Positions 31,135 to 41,921 of a stretch of 64,000 nucleotides of DNA are shown piece by piece. Under the pieces are notes generated by a model. That model was not told the DNA's origin. It did not search any database and was given only the letters and a program-made list of their open reading frames with translations. The translations under genes and the position numbers were made by a program. The stretch is taken from NCBI GenBank assembly GCA_000004985.1, contig GG738866.1; one strand, written 5' to 3'. The stretch comes from Naegleria gruberi. Its lineage: Eukaryota. The first letter of the stretch is position 1. Each line of letters opens with the position of its first letter.

Positions 31135-33402
31135 TTAGAAATAGGCAAAGAAGAAGGTAACAACAATTAAAATGTAAACAATAACCAATGCAGAACCTTG
31201 GAAGTAATTTGTTTTACCATCCAAACAAACAAAGTTCAAAACCAAAACACCAAAGAAAATTGCAATCAAATTAATTTGAGGGAACATTAAATTGAAAATT
31301 CTCAACTCATCACCACTGAATAATAAAGCACTCACCAATACAAGTACTGGCATTTGAATTAGTGCAATTTGGATTGAGGCAGAGTTACCAATTTCCAAAG
31401 CAAGTGAAATATTATTTTGTAAAGCAAATTGAATGGCATTTACAAATTCAGCACAACTTGGCACAATACTTAAAAAAGTTAAGCCAGCAAACATTGGATT
31501 AACACCAATCATATCAAATGCTGGTTCTAATGAGGCTGTCATTACTTCAGCCACTAGGGAATAAACAATTGTACATAACACTAAAATACCAACACACAAC
31601 CAAATTGGCCATACAGCACCAATTTCTTCCTCTTCTTGGTGATTGACATGATCTTCCTTATTCTCAGGAACTGGTGGTCTTTCAATCAAATAACGATGGG
31701 TTTTTAAGGAGAAAATCAATCCAATCAGATAGGCAATAGGTAAGATAGCAGAAACTGTATAAGCTAATGGTAAAGCTTGTCTTGTATAGACTGGATCTGT
31801 CAACATATCCTTTTGTACATATACACAACTATCACAAACTAATCCATATCCTTGTGTAGTATTCACATTGGATCCGTTTATATTACCAACAATTGGTAAT
31901 TTCAATCCTTGAGTTTCATTGACATTAATTGCTGCATTCACACAGACACCACATTTCAATTCATAATGACCTGAATACAATTGATAGAATAATGAAGGTA
32001 ACAATGCTGCAACTACACTCACCAATAATAGAGCACTTGAAACACTAGCAGCTTGTTTGTTAAAGAATTGTTGCTTAAACTTGAGACCTCCTAGGACCAT
32101 GGCTAGACCAGGCACTAATAAGATAGTAAGTAATAAAGCTCCAGTTATGGCACTGACAACTACATCATGTAAATTCTTAGATAAGGCTAAAATATATAAA
32201 ATCATTTCAATAATACTTCCACATATCGAGTTCAAAAGAGCACCAATAAGGAAATTAGTTTGGGCTGAAATGGCAGCAATAGCCTTACCAATCAAATATG
32301 ATAATGGAACTGTTGAAATCAAACAGAATGGGAATATCAAGACGGAATATTTTGTTACAAATTCTTCACCAAATGCATAACCCAATACTATAGAAACTAA
32401 ACTGAAAGGTAACATGTTAAATAAAATGACATTGAGTCCAAAAACATTGTGTTTGTAGTAATAAATATTAGTGGCTTGAATTGTACATAATATGACATCA
32501 GAAGTAACCTTAGGTGGATATTCATTACTGACATTTAAACTTAAGAAATGTCTGTACAAAAATTTGATACCTTCAAAATGAATCTTACTAGTTGGAATAC
32601 CAACAATTGAAAACCAACTCATTAATGAAACCATCAAGTGAGAAAATAAAAGTATTGGAGCAATCAATAACCAAATAAGATAGGAAATGACATCTAGGAC
32701 AGTATATCTTTGATACCATTTCAATTTGGAGTCATCATTGTAATAGTCTACATTTTCTGCAATTGGAACTTGTTCAGCATTCAAAAGAGGACTTGACTCA
32801 GTCCTTCTACTAGTTTTTACAACCTTCACACGTTCAACATATTTACCAAATGGATATAAATAATAAAAGGAAAATTTGAAACATTTCAAACCATATGGAA
32901 TTGTAAAAATTGCTAAACAAGACAAAACTCCAACCATTAAATATGTTAAAAACATCCACCAACCAATAAATATCACATAGAGTACATTTCCAATACTCAA
33001 AAAGCTCTTTTTCTCAAAACTAGATAAACTCCTGTCATTCCACATATGCAACTGTTTAACTTTATCACTTCTTTCCTCAAATTTTCTTTCACCTAACATT
33101 CCCTTCCATGGTTTAAATCCAAACAAGTAATTTTGATAATTCTTAGTAGTATCAATCTTATTAGAGGCACGTTCCACAACCACGGGATGAGCATTCTCTG
33201 CATTGACCTCACTATTTCCAGAAAATGAAGAATCAGGCAACAATTTACGTTGTCTCATTCCATCGTCATTGGTTGTTGGGGAGAGTATGATTTGGTCATC
33301 ATCGATTGGTTCTTCCAAAGACTTCATTTTGCATTGTGTCTTGGTGTATTTGTATTGATGAGTCTTCTTGTAACAGACTCGGAAATGGTTCATCTTCTTC
33401 AC
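31135..33402 (-). CDS. CAX-family cation/H+ exchanger of the VNX1-like long form, with an N-terminal extension of about 330 aa.
   Basis: It has about 11 predicted TM helices. The two CAX alpha-repeat signatures are FLIGALLNSICGSIIEMIL and GNSASIQIALIQMPVLVLVSALL..., matching the GNAAEH consensus positions. Confidence 0.65.
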   Translation of the reverse strand: MKKMNHFRVCYKKTHQYKYTKTQCKMKSLEEPIDDDQIILSPTTNDDGMRQRKLLPDSSFSGNSEVNAENAHPVVVERASNKIDTTKNYQNYLFGFKPWKGMLGERKFEERSDKVKQLHMWNDRSLSSFEKKSFLSIGNVLYVIFIGWWMFLTYLMVGVLSCLAIFTIPYGLKCFKFSFYYLYPFGKYVERVKVVKTSRRTESSPLLNAEQVPIAENVDYYNDDSKLKWYQRYTVLDVISYLIWLLIAPILLFSHLMVSLMSWFSIVGIPTSKIHFEGIKFLYRHFLSLNVSNEYPPKVTSDVILCTIQATNIYYYKHNVFGLNVILFNMLPFSLVSIVLGYAFGEEFVTKYSVLIFPFCLISTVPLSYLIGKAIAAISAQTNFLIGALLNSICGSIIEMILYILALSKNLHDVVVSAITGALLLTILLVPGLAMVLGGLKFKQQFFNKQAASVSSALLLVSVVAALLPSLFYQLYSGHYELKCGVCVNAAINVNETQGLKLPIVGNINGSNVNTTQGYGLVCDSCVYVQKDMLTDPVYTRQALPLAYTVSAILPIAYLIGLIFSLKTHRYLIERPPVPENKEDHVNHQEEEEIGAVWPIWLCVGILVLCTIVYSLVAEVMTASLEPAFDMIGVNPMFAGLTFLSIVPSCAEFVNAIQFALQNNISLALEIGNSASIQIALIQMPVLVLVSALLFSGDELRIFNLMFPQINLIAIFFGVLVLNFVCLDGKTNYFQGSALVIVYILIVVTFFFAYF

Positions 33403-34313
33403 TAGGATGCATCTTTAATTTGCTATTATATGTTTAATATATGAAAGGATATTTAGCATTGATAACAACAAGGTTATCCTAACAGTCTCTAAACTTGGTG
33501 ATGATTCAATCAAGGGATAACAGTAGCGACTGTTGGAGTTTTTTTTGTTATTTTCGTTAATTAACTTTTTCACCAATTTTGAAAGCAACCAAACACACAT
33601 GTAGTTCATGCTATTCAATCCTTTGAGTGGAGCCATTCATTCATCACACTGGCCAACACAAGTTGTGTTACTGACTTTACACTGCTCTTCGTACTTCAAT
33701 AAAGGGCATTGTAATGATTGGCAGCGTTCTTCGATTAAGCAAACGCGCAATGATTCGATGCTTTAGAATTTATAGTATCGTTACTAAAACAAACATTTAC
33801 ACCAAGTTTGTTAATTGCATTTTGTTTGTTTTTTTAAAATTTTCAATTATTACAATTTTAATGTTATTCAGACTCGTGATTGACTAAATTGCCGTAGATG
33901 GTGATCTACAGATACTTCAGTAATTATTGAGGAATTTAAAGTGCCATATAGGTTTGTCATAATTTAGAAATTTTTTTTTTGTTGTTAAAACAGTCGAAAA
34001 TGAGAAGGAATTTTTTAGAGATTGAGTATGTCCAATTTCTTCCTTTAGTCTACTTCCAAGTATTGAGAACGAATGAACAAAATATTAAGGATATTAATAA
34101 GTTGTCATATTTAGTTTTCATTCATTTCTCAACTTTGCAGAAGAGAGTTGGAATGCTTGATTATTGTCTTTGTAACCAACCAATATCTGGCTTGGTGTCT
34201 TGCTTGCCAACTGCCAATTCAAACAATTCTAAAACTCATTTTCTCAGATATTACAACTTCCAGTTCAAAAAATAATTAGTAAATTTTGAACAACAAAAAA
34301 AACTAATCACAAC

Positions 34314-35144
34314 ATGGCCCGTACTAAACAAACAGCACGTAAGATGCCACCAAAGGAATCCTACAAGAAGAGAAAAGATAATAATTGGCAAGTAGAAGAA
34401 AATTCCGAACCAAAGAAAAGAAAAATTGTCAACTTATTAAATCAAATATTTCCTTCCGATTTGATAATAATTACCAAATCGGAAAGTAATGATGAAAGTT
34501 TTTCAGTAGCAGAACATAATCAGCCTTCCACTCCAAATCTATCGATTAAATTGAATGAACATGTTTGTAGTGAGAGATGTTTTGCTTGGTTGACAAAAGT
34601 CAATTGGACCAATTATTTCAAACATGATTATCCAGTTCCAATATCTTTTTATGATAATATTAAAGATATGACAATATTTGCACCAAGTCCTGAACAGATT
34701 GATATTGATTATGCACAACACATTCTAAAACAAGTTGTATCAAAACAAGATGAATTTTCAGTTTCAATCTTCAAAGTTGAAATGGAAACTGATATAGATT
34801 CAGATCAGATAATACAATCAGTAACCTATGAATATAGAACATGTGGAATCAAATGCTATTACACGAGAGCAAAAGATTTTGCAAAGGAAGTTGTTATGAT
34901 TTTTATTGACACTGAGAAATACTTGTGTTTTGGACATTATTATAATTTTCCCTATTTTACAATTCCATATGTTAATCATGGAAAAGAAGAAGATAATTCA
35001 ATTAATTTGTGTGAAGAGGAATTCATTCAGTCAATCACCAATCCAGAAGGTCACCAAATTGAAACTCCAATTTTACTTCCACTATCAAAAGTATTGGAAA
35101 ATGCACAGGATTTTCTTGCTCAACTATTTGATTTGGAAAATTAA
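34314..35144 (+). CDS. Protein of unknown function whose first ten residues, MARTKQTARK, are identical to the histone H3 N-terminal tail. It has no histone fold.
   Basis: The ORF begins ATG GCC CGT ACT AAA CAA ACA GCA CGT AAG and then diverges (MPPKESYKKRKDNNWQ...). Two basic KKRK blocks follow, which look like a nuclear localisation signal. The Arg codons are CGT, the histone-style choice, whereas the rest of the window prefers AGA. Confidence 0.5.
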   Translation: MARTKQTARKMPPKESYKKRKDNNWQVEENSEPKKRKIVNLLNQIFPSDLIIITKSESNDESFSVAEHNQPSTPNLSIKLNEHVCSERCFAWLTKVNWTNYFKHDYPVPISFYDNIKDMTIFAPSPEQIDIDYAQHILKQVVSKQDEFSVSIFKVEMETDIDSDQIIQSVTYEYRTCGIKCYYTRAKDFAKEVVMIFIDTEKYLCFGHYYNFPYFTIPYVNHGKEEDNSINLCEEEFIQSITNPEGHQIETPILLPLSKVLENAQDFLAQLFDLEN

Positions 35145-35242
35145 ATTATCTCATTCAATGTATTTCAATTCTTATTTTGCTTCACCTTCAAATATTTAAA
35201 TATTTTAATTTATTAAATTAAAAAAATTAAAAATACAAAAAA

Positions 35243-36037
35243 ATGGCCAGAAATCAAGAAAAGGCCCAATCCATGCTGAATCGTTGGACCAATTTTAGGA
35301 TTGGTAACGAATTCACAGAGAAGAAAAGGCCTCCTCATCCATCATTTTCTAAAACTTTAAACGCTAGTGAACATTGGCGAAGAAATGTGTTGAAGGAAAT
35401 TGCTGAAAAGGTGACGATCATACAAAATGCTTCTCTAGGTGAACATCGTATCCGAGATTTAAACGATGAAATTAATAGATTAATACAAGAAAAAGCCGAT
35501 TGGGAAAAAAGAATTATTGAATTAGGAGGAATTGATTATAGTAAACAAGATATTAAATTATATGATGATAATGGACAAATAATAGAAATTGGTGAAGGAT
35601 ATAAATATTTTGGAGCGGCGCGAGAACTACCTGGTATAAAAGAATTATTATTTGAAAAACAAAAATCATCAGAAAAACAACAGAAAAACAAATTTAATGA
35701 ACTTTACAAAGGAATTGATTCTTTTTATTATGGATACAATGAAGATGAGGATGAACCTGATTTGCTTGCTGCAGAAGAAAAAGCAGAAGAGGAGCTTAGA
35801 AAGGAGTTTTATCAACGTTATTTAAAAGCTGTGGAAATTAAAAAGAAAAAGATGGGAGGTGGTGGAATTCAAAATGTCACAAGACAAACTATGGAAGCAA
35901 AATCATTTGGAGTGTTAAATGAAGAAGAAAAGAAAACCTTTGTATATAATGTACAACTACCAACACAGGATGTTATTGAACAAGCACTGTTAGAAAAGAA
36001 GAAGCAAGATTTATTGAAAGAACTAGGAGAATTTTAA
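35243..36037 (+). CDS. Pre-mRNA splicing factor ISY1.
   Basis: The N-terminus MARNQEKAQSMLNRW... is ISY1-type. The protein is about 260 aa and charged, with a coiled-coil character. Confidence 0.7.
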   Translation: MARNQEKAQSMLNRWTNFRIGNEFTEKKRPPHPSFSKTLNASEHWRRNVLKEIAEKVTIIQNASLGEHRIRDLNDEINRLIQEKADWEKRIIELGGIDYSKQDIKLYDDNGQIIEIGEGYKYFGAARELPGIKELLFEKQKSSEKQQKNKFNELYKGIDSFYYGYNEDEDEPDLLAAEEKAEEELRKEFYQRYLKAVEIKKKKMGGGGIQNVTRQTMEAKSFGVLNEEEKKTFVYNVQLPTQDVIEQALLEKKKQDLLKELGEF

Positions 36038-36041
36038 TTTA

Positions 36042-39000
36042 TTAAAAAGCTAAACTTGTGTTAGAATTATTACTACTAGTATTACTTGCTGCAATACCAT
36101 CTTGTGGTTCTGAATAGTTTGGTAAAATCGGTACTGCATGGGATTGTCTGATCATTTCCTCATTAAGACGTTGTAGAGCTGATGTATTAACATGCTCTGG
36201 GAATGAGAATGAATCCAAAACAGATGATCCCAATAAATGATTACTTGGACTTGCCAATGAAGAATCTGTTTGATTCATAGAACCTATTGCTGGAGGTGTT
36301 CCAGTCGATGTGGAATGGAAGCTCATACTTCTTTGGTAGGGAGGTGATCTTCCAGCTGCTCTCAAATCTCTCATACTATGAGAGGATGAAAGTGGTGGAG
36401 TTCTGCCAACAGAAATACCAAGATCAGTTTGTTCTGTCAAACATTCACTAGAATCATCAATATCAGAAAGGCACTTGTTTTCCATTGATTCTCTAAAGTG
36501 CATAGGGAATGCTTCCTCTCTTGGCTTGAATTTTGAGGTATCAGTCATATCTTTAACTCCAGGTAACACACCTACAGGTTCTTTCAATACTTTATCCCAA
36601 TCCACTCCACTCATAAATGGGTGTTCCTTTGCTGTTACTTCATTTAGACGAGTTTCTGGATTTGGATCTAAGAGTCTATCTACAAAATTCAACACTCCAC
36701 TAGCTACAATCTCTGGAGGTAAGAGTCTTTCATCAACCCAATTAATTCTTCTTGATAGAATATTATCAAAAATATATTCAGGAGTATCATCATTAAATGG
36801 TGGACAACCAAACAATAGCTCAAATACAATACATCCCAAACTCCAATAATCGACAGCTTCTGTATGTGGCATACCCAATAAAAGTTCAGGAGCCAAATAG
36901 TCAGGAGTACCTCTAACTTGAATTTCAGATTCTTCTATTTCATCTTGTCTTGCAAGAGCATCCATTGATTGTTTGCTCAATGTTTGTTCATCTTCTCTGT
37001 CAAGAACACCAATTTCACTCAAACCAAAGTCTGTTAATTTCAAGTGACCACACTTATCAATAAGCATGTTATCTGGTTTCAAATCTCTGTGTACAATCTT
37101 ATTGTGATGTAAATCAGATAAAGCTAAAATACTTTCGGCGGCAATATGTCTAACTACATCTATATCAAATGCTTCTCCATTTTCTAACTTTTCTGCTAAC
37201 AAACAATCTAAACTACCACCTGGACAATATTCCATAACAATATAGAGATATCTTTTACCAGCAAAGGAGTAGTAAAAATTAACAATAAATGGAGATTGCT
37301 CATTATTTTCCATTAGTACTTTCATGATAGTTCTTTCAGCCAATAGATCTGGCTCATTTGTGAGAGTTTTACCAACGTTCTTGTGATTATAGAGATATTG
37401 TTTCTTGATTACCTTAATAGCATAAATGTCTTTAGTTGACTTCTTTCTTGCCAAGTAAACCCTACCATAAGCACCTCTTGAAATTGGTTTAATGATCTCA
37501 AAATCAGAAATCTTAATTTTTGGCATTTTCTTAATATTTTGCTTCTCTTCATGAAGTAATGCAGTACATTTTCCTTCAATAACATCCATTAATCTTTTGG
37601 CGTATACAGAAACTCTATAGTTATTACCAGAGAAATTATCATCCTTATGTTCCTCTATTACTGTGGAAAGTACTCCAATAACTTCTTGCAATTGACTTCT
37701 ATCGTTACTCTTCTCTGCCTTCTTGGCTAATTTGAAAAGTTTGTAGAGTGAACTTGATTTTTTCTTCTTGATTGATTTTTCAATACCTCTACGAATGTTT
37801 TTCAATTTTTCAAAGGCACTAACATTTTGCATTTCAATCTTGTGTTTAACAGCACAAGTAGCACTGTGTTCTGCTAATTTAGTACTTGGTACCAATTCCT
37901 CACAAATTCTACATAAAATTTCAATAACAGTTTCTTCCTTCTTTGGCTTTGGTTGTTTCTTCAACTCTGTTGGTGTATTATTTGTAGACTTGGATTTAGT
38001 ACCAGTGGTATTGACTGACAAAAGGTTAGGATCCTCCTTCTTGGAAAATAGTGTTTTGAACTTGGAAAAGAAAGAATCTGAGAATTTTTTCTTTTCTGAG
38101 GTTGGTGTTACAGGAGTGTGAGGAATATCTTTGTTTGGTGTGGTTGCGTGTGCAGTAGCTGAAGAAGTTGATCTAGGAGAGCTTGCAGGTGAGTCATAAT
38201 CACTAGATTCCCCAGTATGTTCAGGTTTAGATGAAGAACTAACACTCGATCTTCTTGGAGAAACGCTCGTTGAACTGGTATCCTCATCGTCTGTTGAAGG
38301 TTTAAGGAAGGGTAATTTTGGATTAGGTTTTAAATTATCTTGTGATTCTGAACTGTCATAGTCAAATCTATCTCTAGATGATTCTGGTTCAACAACAGCC
38401 ATTGACCTGAATCTTTGTCTTTGCCTAACTTCTTCCTTCTCTTTTTCTCTTATTTCTTCTTCAGCTAAATGCTTCTTATACAATTCCAAAACTCTGTTAA
38501 CTCTACTATAAATAAATATGAGCTTTTTGGCTTGTTTCATAATTTCGAATTGTCTTCCAAGAGCCTGTACATCTATATTTGAGCCAGCAGTTGCAATTAA
38601 AGAACCAGGTGTTGTTGGGGTAGTTGAGAGCACATGCATTGAGGGAGAGTTACTCTGATGAGTCAAATTGGTATAGTTACCGACACAAGTTTGTAAAATG
38701 GTTTGTAATTCTCTCATAAAATCTGTTTTACAAAGATCATCAACTGTTTTAGAGCCTAAAATCTCCCTTGCTATGGCCTCAACTTGTTGTAACTCTGGAC
38801 ATGAAAATTCAACTTCCTTTAATTCCCATAAAAATGTTTTCAAATCTCTATTCATCTTATGTTGGATTACATTAGCTCGTTCTTTCAAAACATTTCCAAC
38901 TTTGTCAAATGATGAATTCAAATCTACACTCAAAGCTCTGTCTCTCGTATTTGCTATAAATAATCTCGGTGAATTTCTATCATTAATTGAAAAAGATGCA

Positions 39001-40299
39001 CTTGCTGCAGCAAACACTGATGCTTGCTTTAGAAGTGGTGATTTTTTCGCTAATTGTGGACTTTCCTCATCCAATTCATTGAGATCATCACCAAAACAGT
39101 CATCCTTTCTCATATCCCATTTTGGATCCACATTATGTCTCACAAATGATGAAGCAAGAAGTCTATTTGAATGAAAAACACTTTGTGCTCTCTTCAGTGG
39201 AGGTGGTTGAAAACCAGCATGAACACTTTGTCCTCTATTTCTATTATATCCACCACTATAAGAACTGTTATTTTGTGTAGCACTAATCGGTGAGAAATTT
39301 CCAGTGTATGATGAACTGATCTGTGGTTGAAATACTCCAGAGTAATTACTACTTCCAGAACTTCCAGAACTGTTTCCTTCATTATTGTGAGTCATACTTA
39401 AATGTGATATTGTAATAGCACTTGTTGATTGATATGGATTCACTGGTGTTGTTGGTGTGGGTGATTGATTTTGTGACATCTTTGGTAATTGAACCAAAGG
39501 AAAGTTGTATCCAAGTAAATTATTTAAAGAAGTGCTGTGTCCTCTATTTCTCGAAGGTAAACTTTTAATACTATTCAATCAATTAGTGTTAAACAAATTA
39601 ATTAAATACATACGCGAAATCAGAATAATTATGATATAATACAGTTGGTGATATTGGTGGTGATTGTTGTGGTGGTACTGCTCGTTTAGCTACTTGTGAC
39701 TTATTTTGTGGAGTGGCATCATTGGTGGTCGTGTTTTGTTGTTGTGTTTGTGGTTGAGTATGGGTAGTATCAATTTGGGGAAGTGATTTCGCCTTCTTAT
39801 CTAAAGGCTTTTGTTGATTATTTTCGTTTTTAGGTGATTTTGGTGTTTCTTGTTGCTGCTGACTTGTTGTGTTGTTGTTATTATTATTATTATTATTAAC
39901 ATTGTTTGATGGTAAGAGTTGTATATGTGTTGGAGACATTTCACATTCCTCCGATATACTTGATAAGAGTCCTGATTCATCAATGGAATTTAATGATGAG
40001 AAGAAGGAAACTCTCTTTGATGAAGATCTCCACAAACGAGTGTTGTTATTATTATTGGTTGAAGTTGTTGTTTCTGGTTGAAGATTGGATGATGACATTG
40101 ATGAAGAAGGAGAGGATATCCTATTATTATTTGGGGTAGTAGTAGTCATGGAAGAAGAGGAGGAACAAGCCTGCTGTTGTTGTTGTTGTTGTCTATTATT
40201 CTCTTCTCGGGTGGTGGTAGTGGTGTTTGCAGAATTTGATGAAGTAGTAGAAGAAGGAGAGGAGGCTTGTTGTTGGTATGAAGGAGGTTGCTGTTGCAT
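36042..40299 (-). CDS. MAST-family AGC Ser/Thr kinase. Exons are 39614..40299 and 36042..39570, with a 43-nt intron (39571..39613). Exon 1 is rich in Asn and Gln.
   Basis: The kinase domain reads FEIIKPISRGAYGRVYLARKK...HRDLKPDNMLI...DFGLSEIGVL, followed by a roughly 30-aa insert and then GTPDYLAPE and INWVDE, all MAST-like. An upstream DUF1908-like region is present. The intron reads GTATGT...GAATAG (phase 2) and joins ...YSDFA to IKSLPSRNRG. Confidence 0.75.
39878..39898. repeat. (TTA)n microsatellite, which encodes a poly-Asn run on the minus strand inside MAST exon 1.
   Basis: The repeat ttattattattattattatta is flanked by (tgt)n. Confidence 0.6.
40174..40191. repeat. (TTG)n microsatellite, which encodes a poly-Gln run as (CAA)n on the minus strand inside MAST exon 1.
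   Basis: The repeat is tgttgttgttgttgttgt. Confidence 0.6.
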
Positions 40300-40963
40300 T
40301 TTTCAAAAGATGAAGATGAGAAAAATCAACGTTAAGCACCGATTTTGTCATGGTAATAAATAAAAATAGAAAAGCGACCTTGAAGATGGAAGGAGTAGAC
40401 TTTGCAAATGTTGCACTGTTTTCAATTATTGAGGCCACGTAATGTTCAGCTGGTACCTGCAAAAGTTATGAGGAGAGTGCTGCAATACAATGGAATAGGA
40501 GAGTGAGCATAAAATCATGATGGACTCTCCGTAAGTTCTAATTATTCATCATCTCCATGTGAACTCAGTGTGCTGTTGAAAAATCATGAAATTAGAAATC
40601 ACAATAGCGTTTTAAAGGCACACTGTATTGAAACACTTTATACTAGTTCAATATATTGAGAATTTGATGTGAGATAGAGCCTCTACATTACCGGAGTCTT
40701 CAAATACTGAGAGGACAGTAATGATCATCCAGTTACCAGAGATGATGACCTTCAAACAACCATAAACACAAATTCACAATAAGGTTAACATTGAATTAAA
40801 TCCAAACCTGCCTTATACAATAGATTCTCAAAAACTTCCATTGTAATCACAAGGTCGACAAGGATTTGGAGTTGTCAGGAAAATTTCATCCATCAACTTG
40901 CTAAGGAAAAATCAAGCAGCAATGGAATAAAAAAGTCTTTTGCATTTTCGAACAATAAAAAAA

Positions 40964-41921
40964 ATGTCTAATTCTCCAAAGCCTTCTTCATCAACTCCTC
41001 CAGGCTATGATCAGCAAGCAGCTTCTACCACATCAGCTTCATTAGTCAAAGTGGAATACAACAATGAACATAAATATGCACTCATTACATTACAACATAA
41101 ACCTGTAAATTCATTCACTTTGGAAATGATGAATGCAATGATTAGTGCTATTGATGAGGTGGAGAAGAATTCTCAAATGAATGCCATTGTATTTACTTCA
41201 GGAATTTCTAATATATTCTCTGCAGGGTTGGATTTAAAAACTTTTAGAACTGATTCAAAGGATAAAATTGCCAACTATTGGTTTAAATTACAAGAATTCT
41301 TTCTCAAGATTTATGGTTGTACATTATTCACTTGTGCTGTAATTAATGGTCAATGTTTTGCAGGTGGTTGCTTGTTTGCATTGTGTTGTGATTATAGAAT
41401 TATTCATACTAATTATTTAATTGGATTGAATGAAGCGTAAGTTGTCAATTTTTAATAATTCAATTGATTTAAGATTCAATTAGTCAATTTGGTAAGTTGT
41501 TAAAATTTTTATAAATTTACATATCTTTATAGGTCTTGTTGCTCCTTGGTGGTTTGCTCAAGCTTATGAGAATGTCATTGGAAAGAGACAATGTGAAATG
41601 CATATTCAATTAGGTACCTTACATAAAGCATCGAGTGCTCTTTCCATTGGACTCGTCGATGAAGTTCATGATAAATTTGAAACAATGAAAGAGTCAGCCC
41701 TTATTCATGTGAAGAAATGGAATAAGGTCAACCAATTTGCAAAGAGAGAATCAAAAAAGATTTTAAGAAGAGACTTATATGAAAAATTGAATTCCACTCG
41801 TGAGCAAGATGTTCAACTATCTGCCTCTTTAATTAGTTCTCCAAGAGTTCAAAAACTTCTTGCTGAATATTTACAAAGTTTACAAAAGAATTCAAGCTCT
41901 AATAGACCTTCAAAATTATAA
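40964..41921 (+). CDS. Enoyl-CoA delta-isomerase of the ECI/crotonase superfamily with a C-terminal SKL (PTS1) signal. Exons are 40964..41435, an 8-nt micro-exon at 41484..41491, and 41533..41921.
   Basis: The protein aligns with mammalian ECI1 and fungal Eci1 (ISNIFSAGLDL, AVINGQCFAGGCLFALCCDYRI, GLNEA|QF|GLVAPWWFAQ). The C-terminus is ...RPSKL*. Introns are 41436..41483 and 41492..41532, and both start GTAAGTTGT. Confidence 0.75.
41484..41491 (+). other. 8-nt micro-exon (TCAATTTG) of the ECI gene.
   Basis: This is the only way to join exon 1 (phase 2) to exon 3 in frame. It supplies A-Q-F-G, matching the conserved NETQLG block. Confidence 0.55.
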
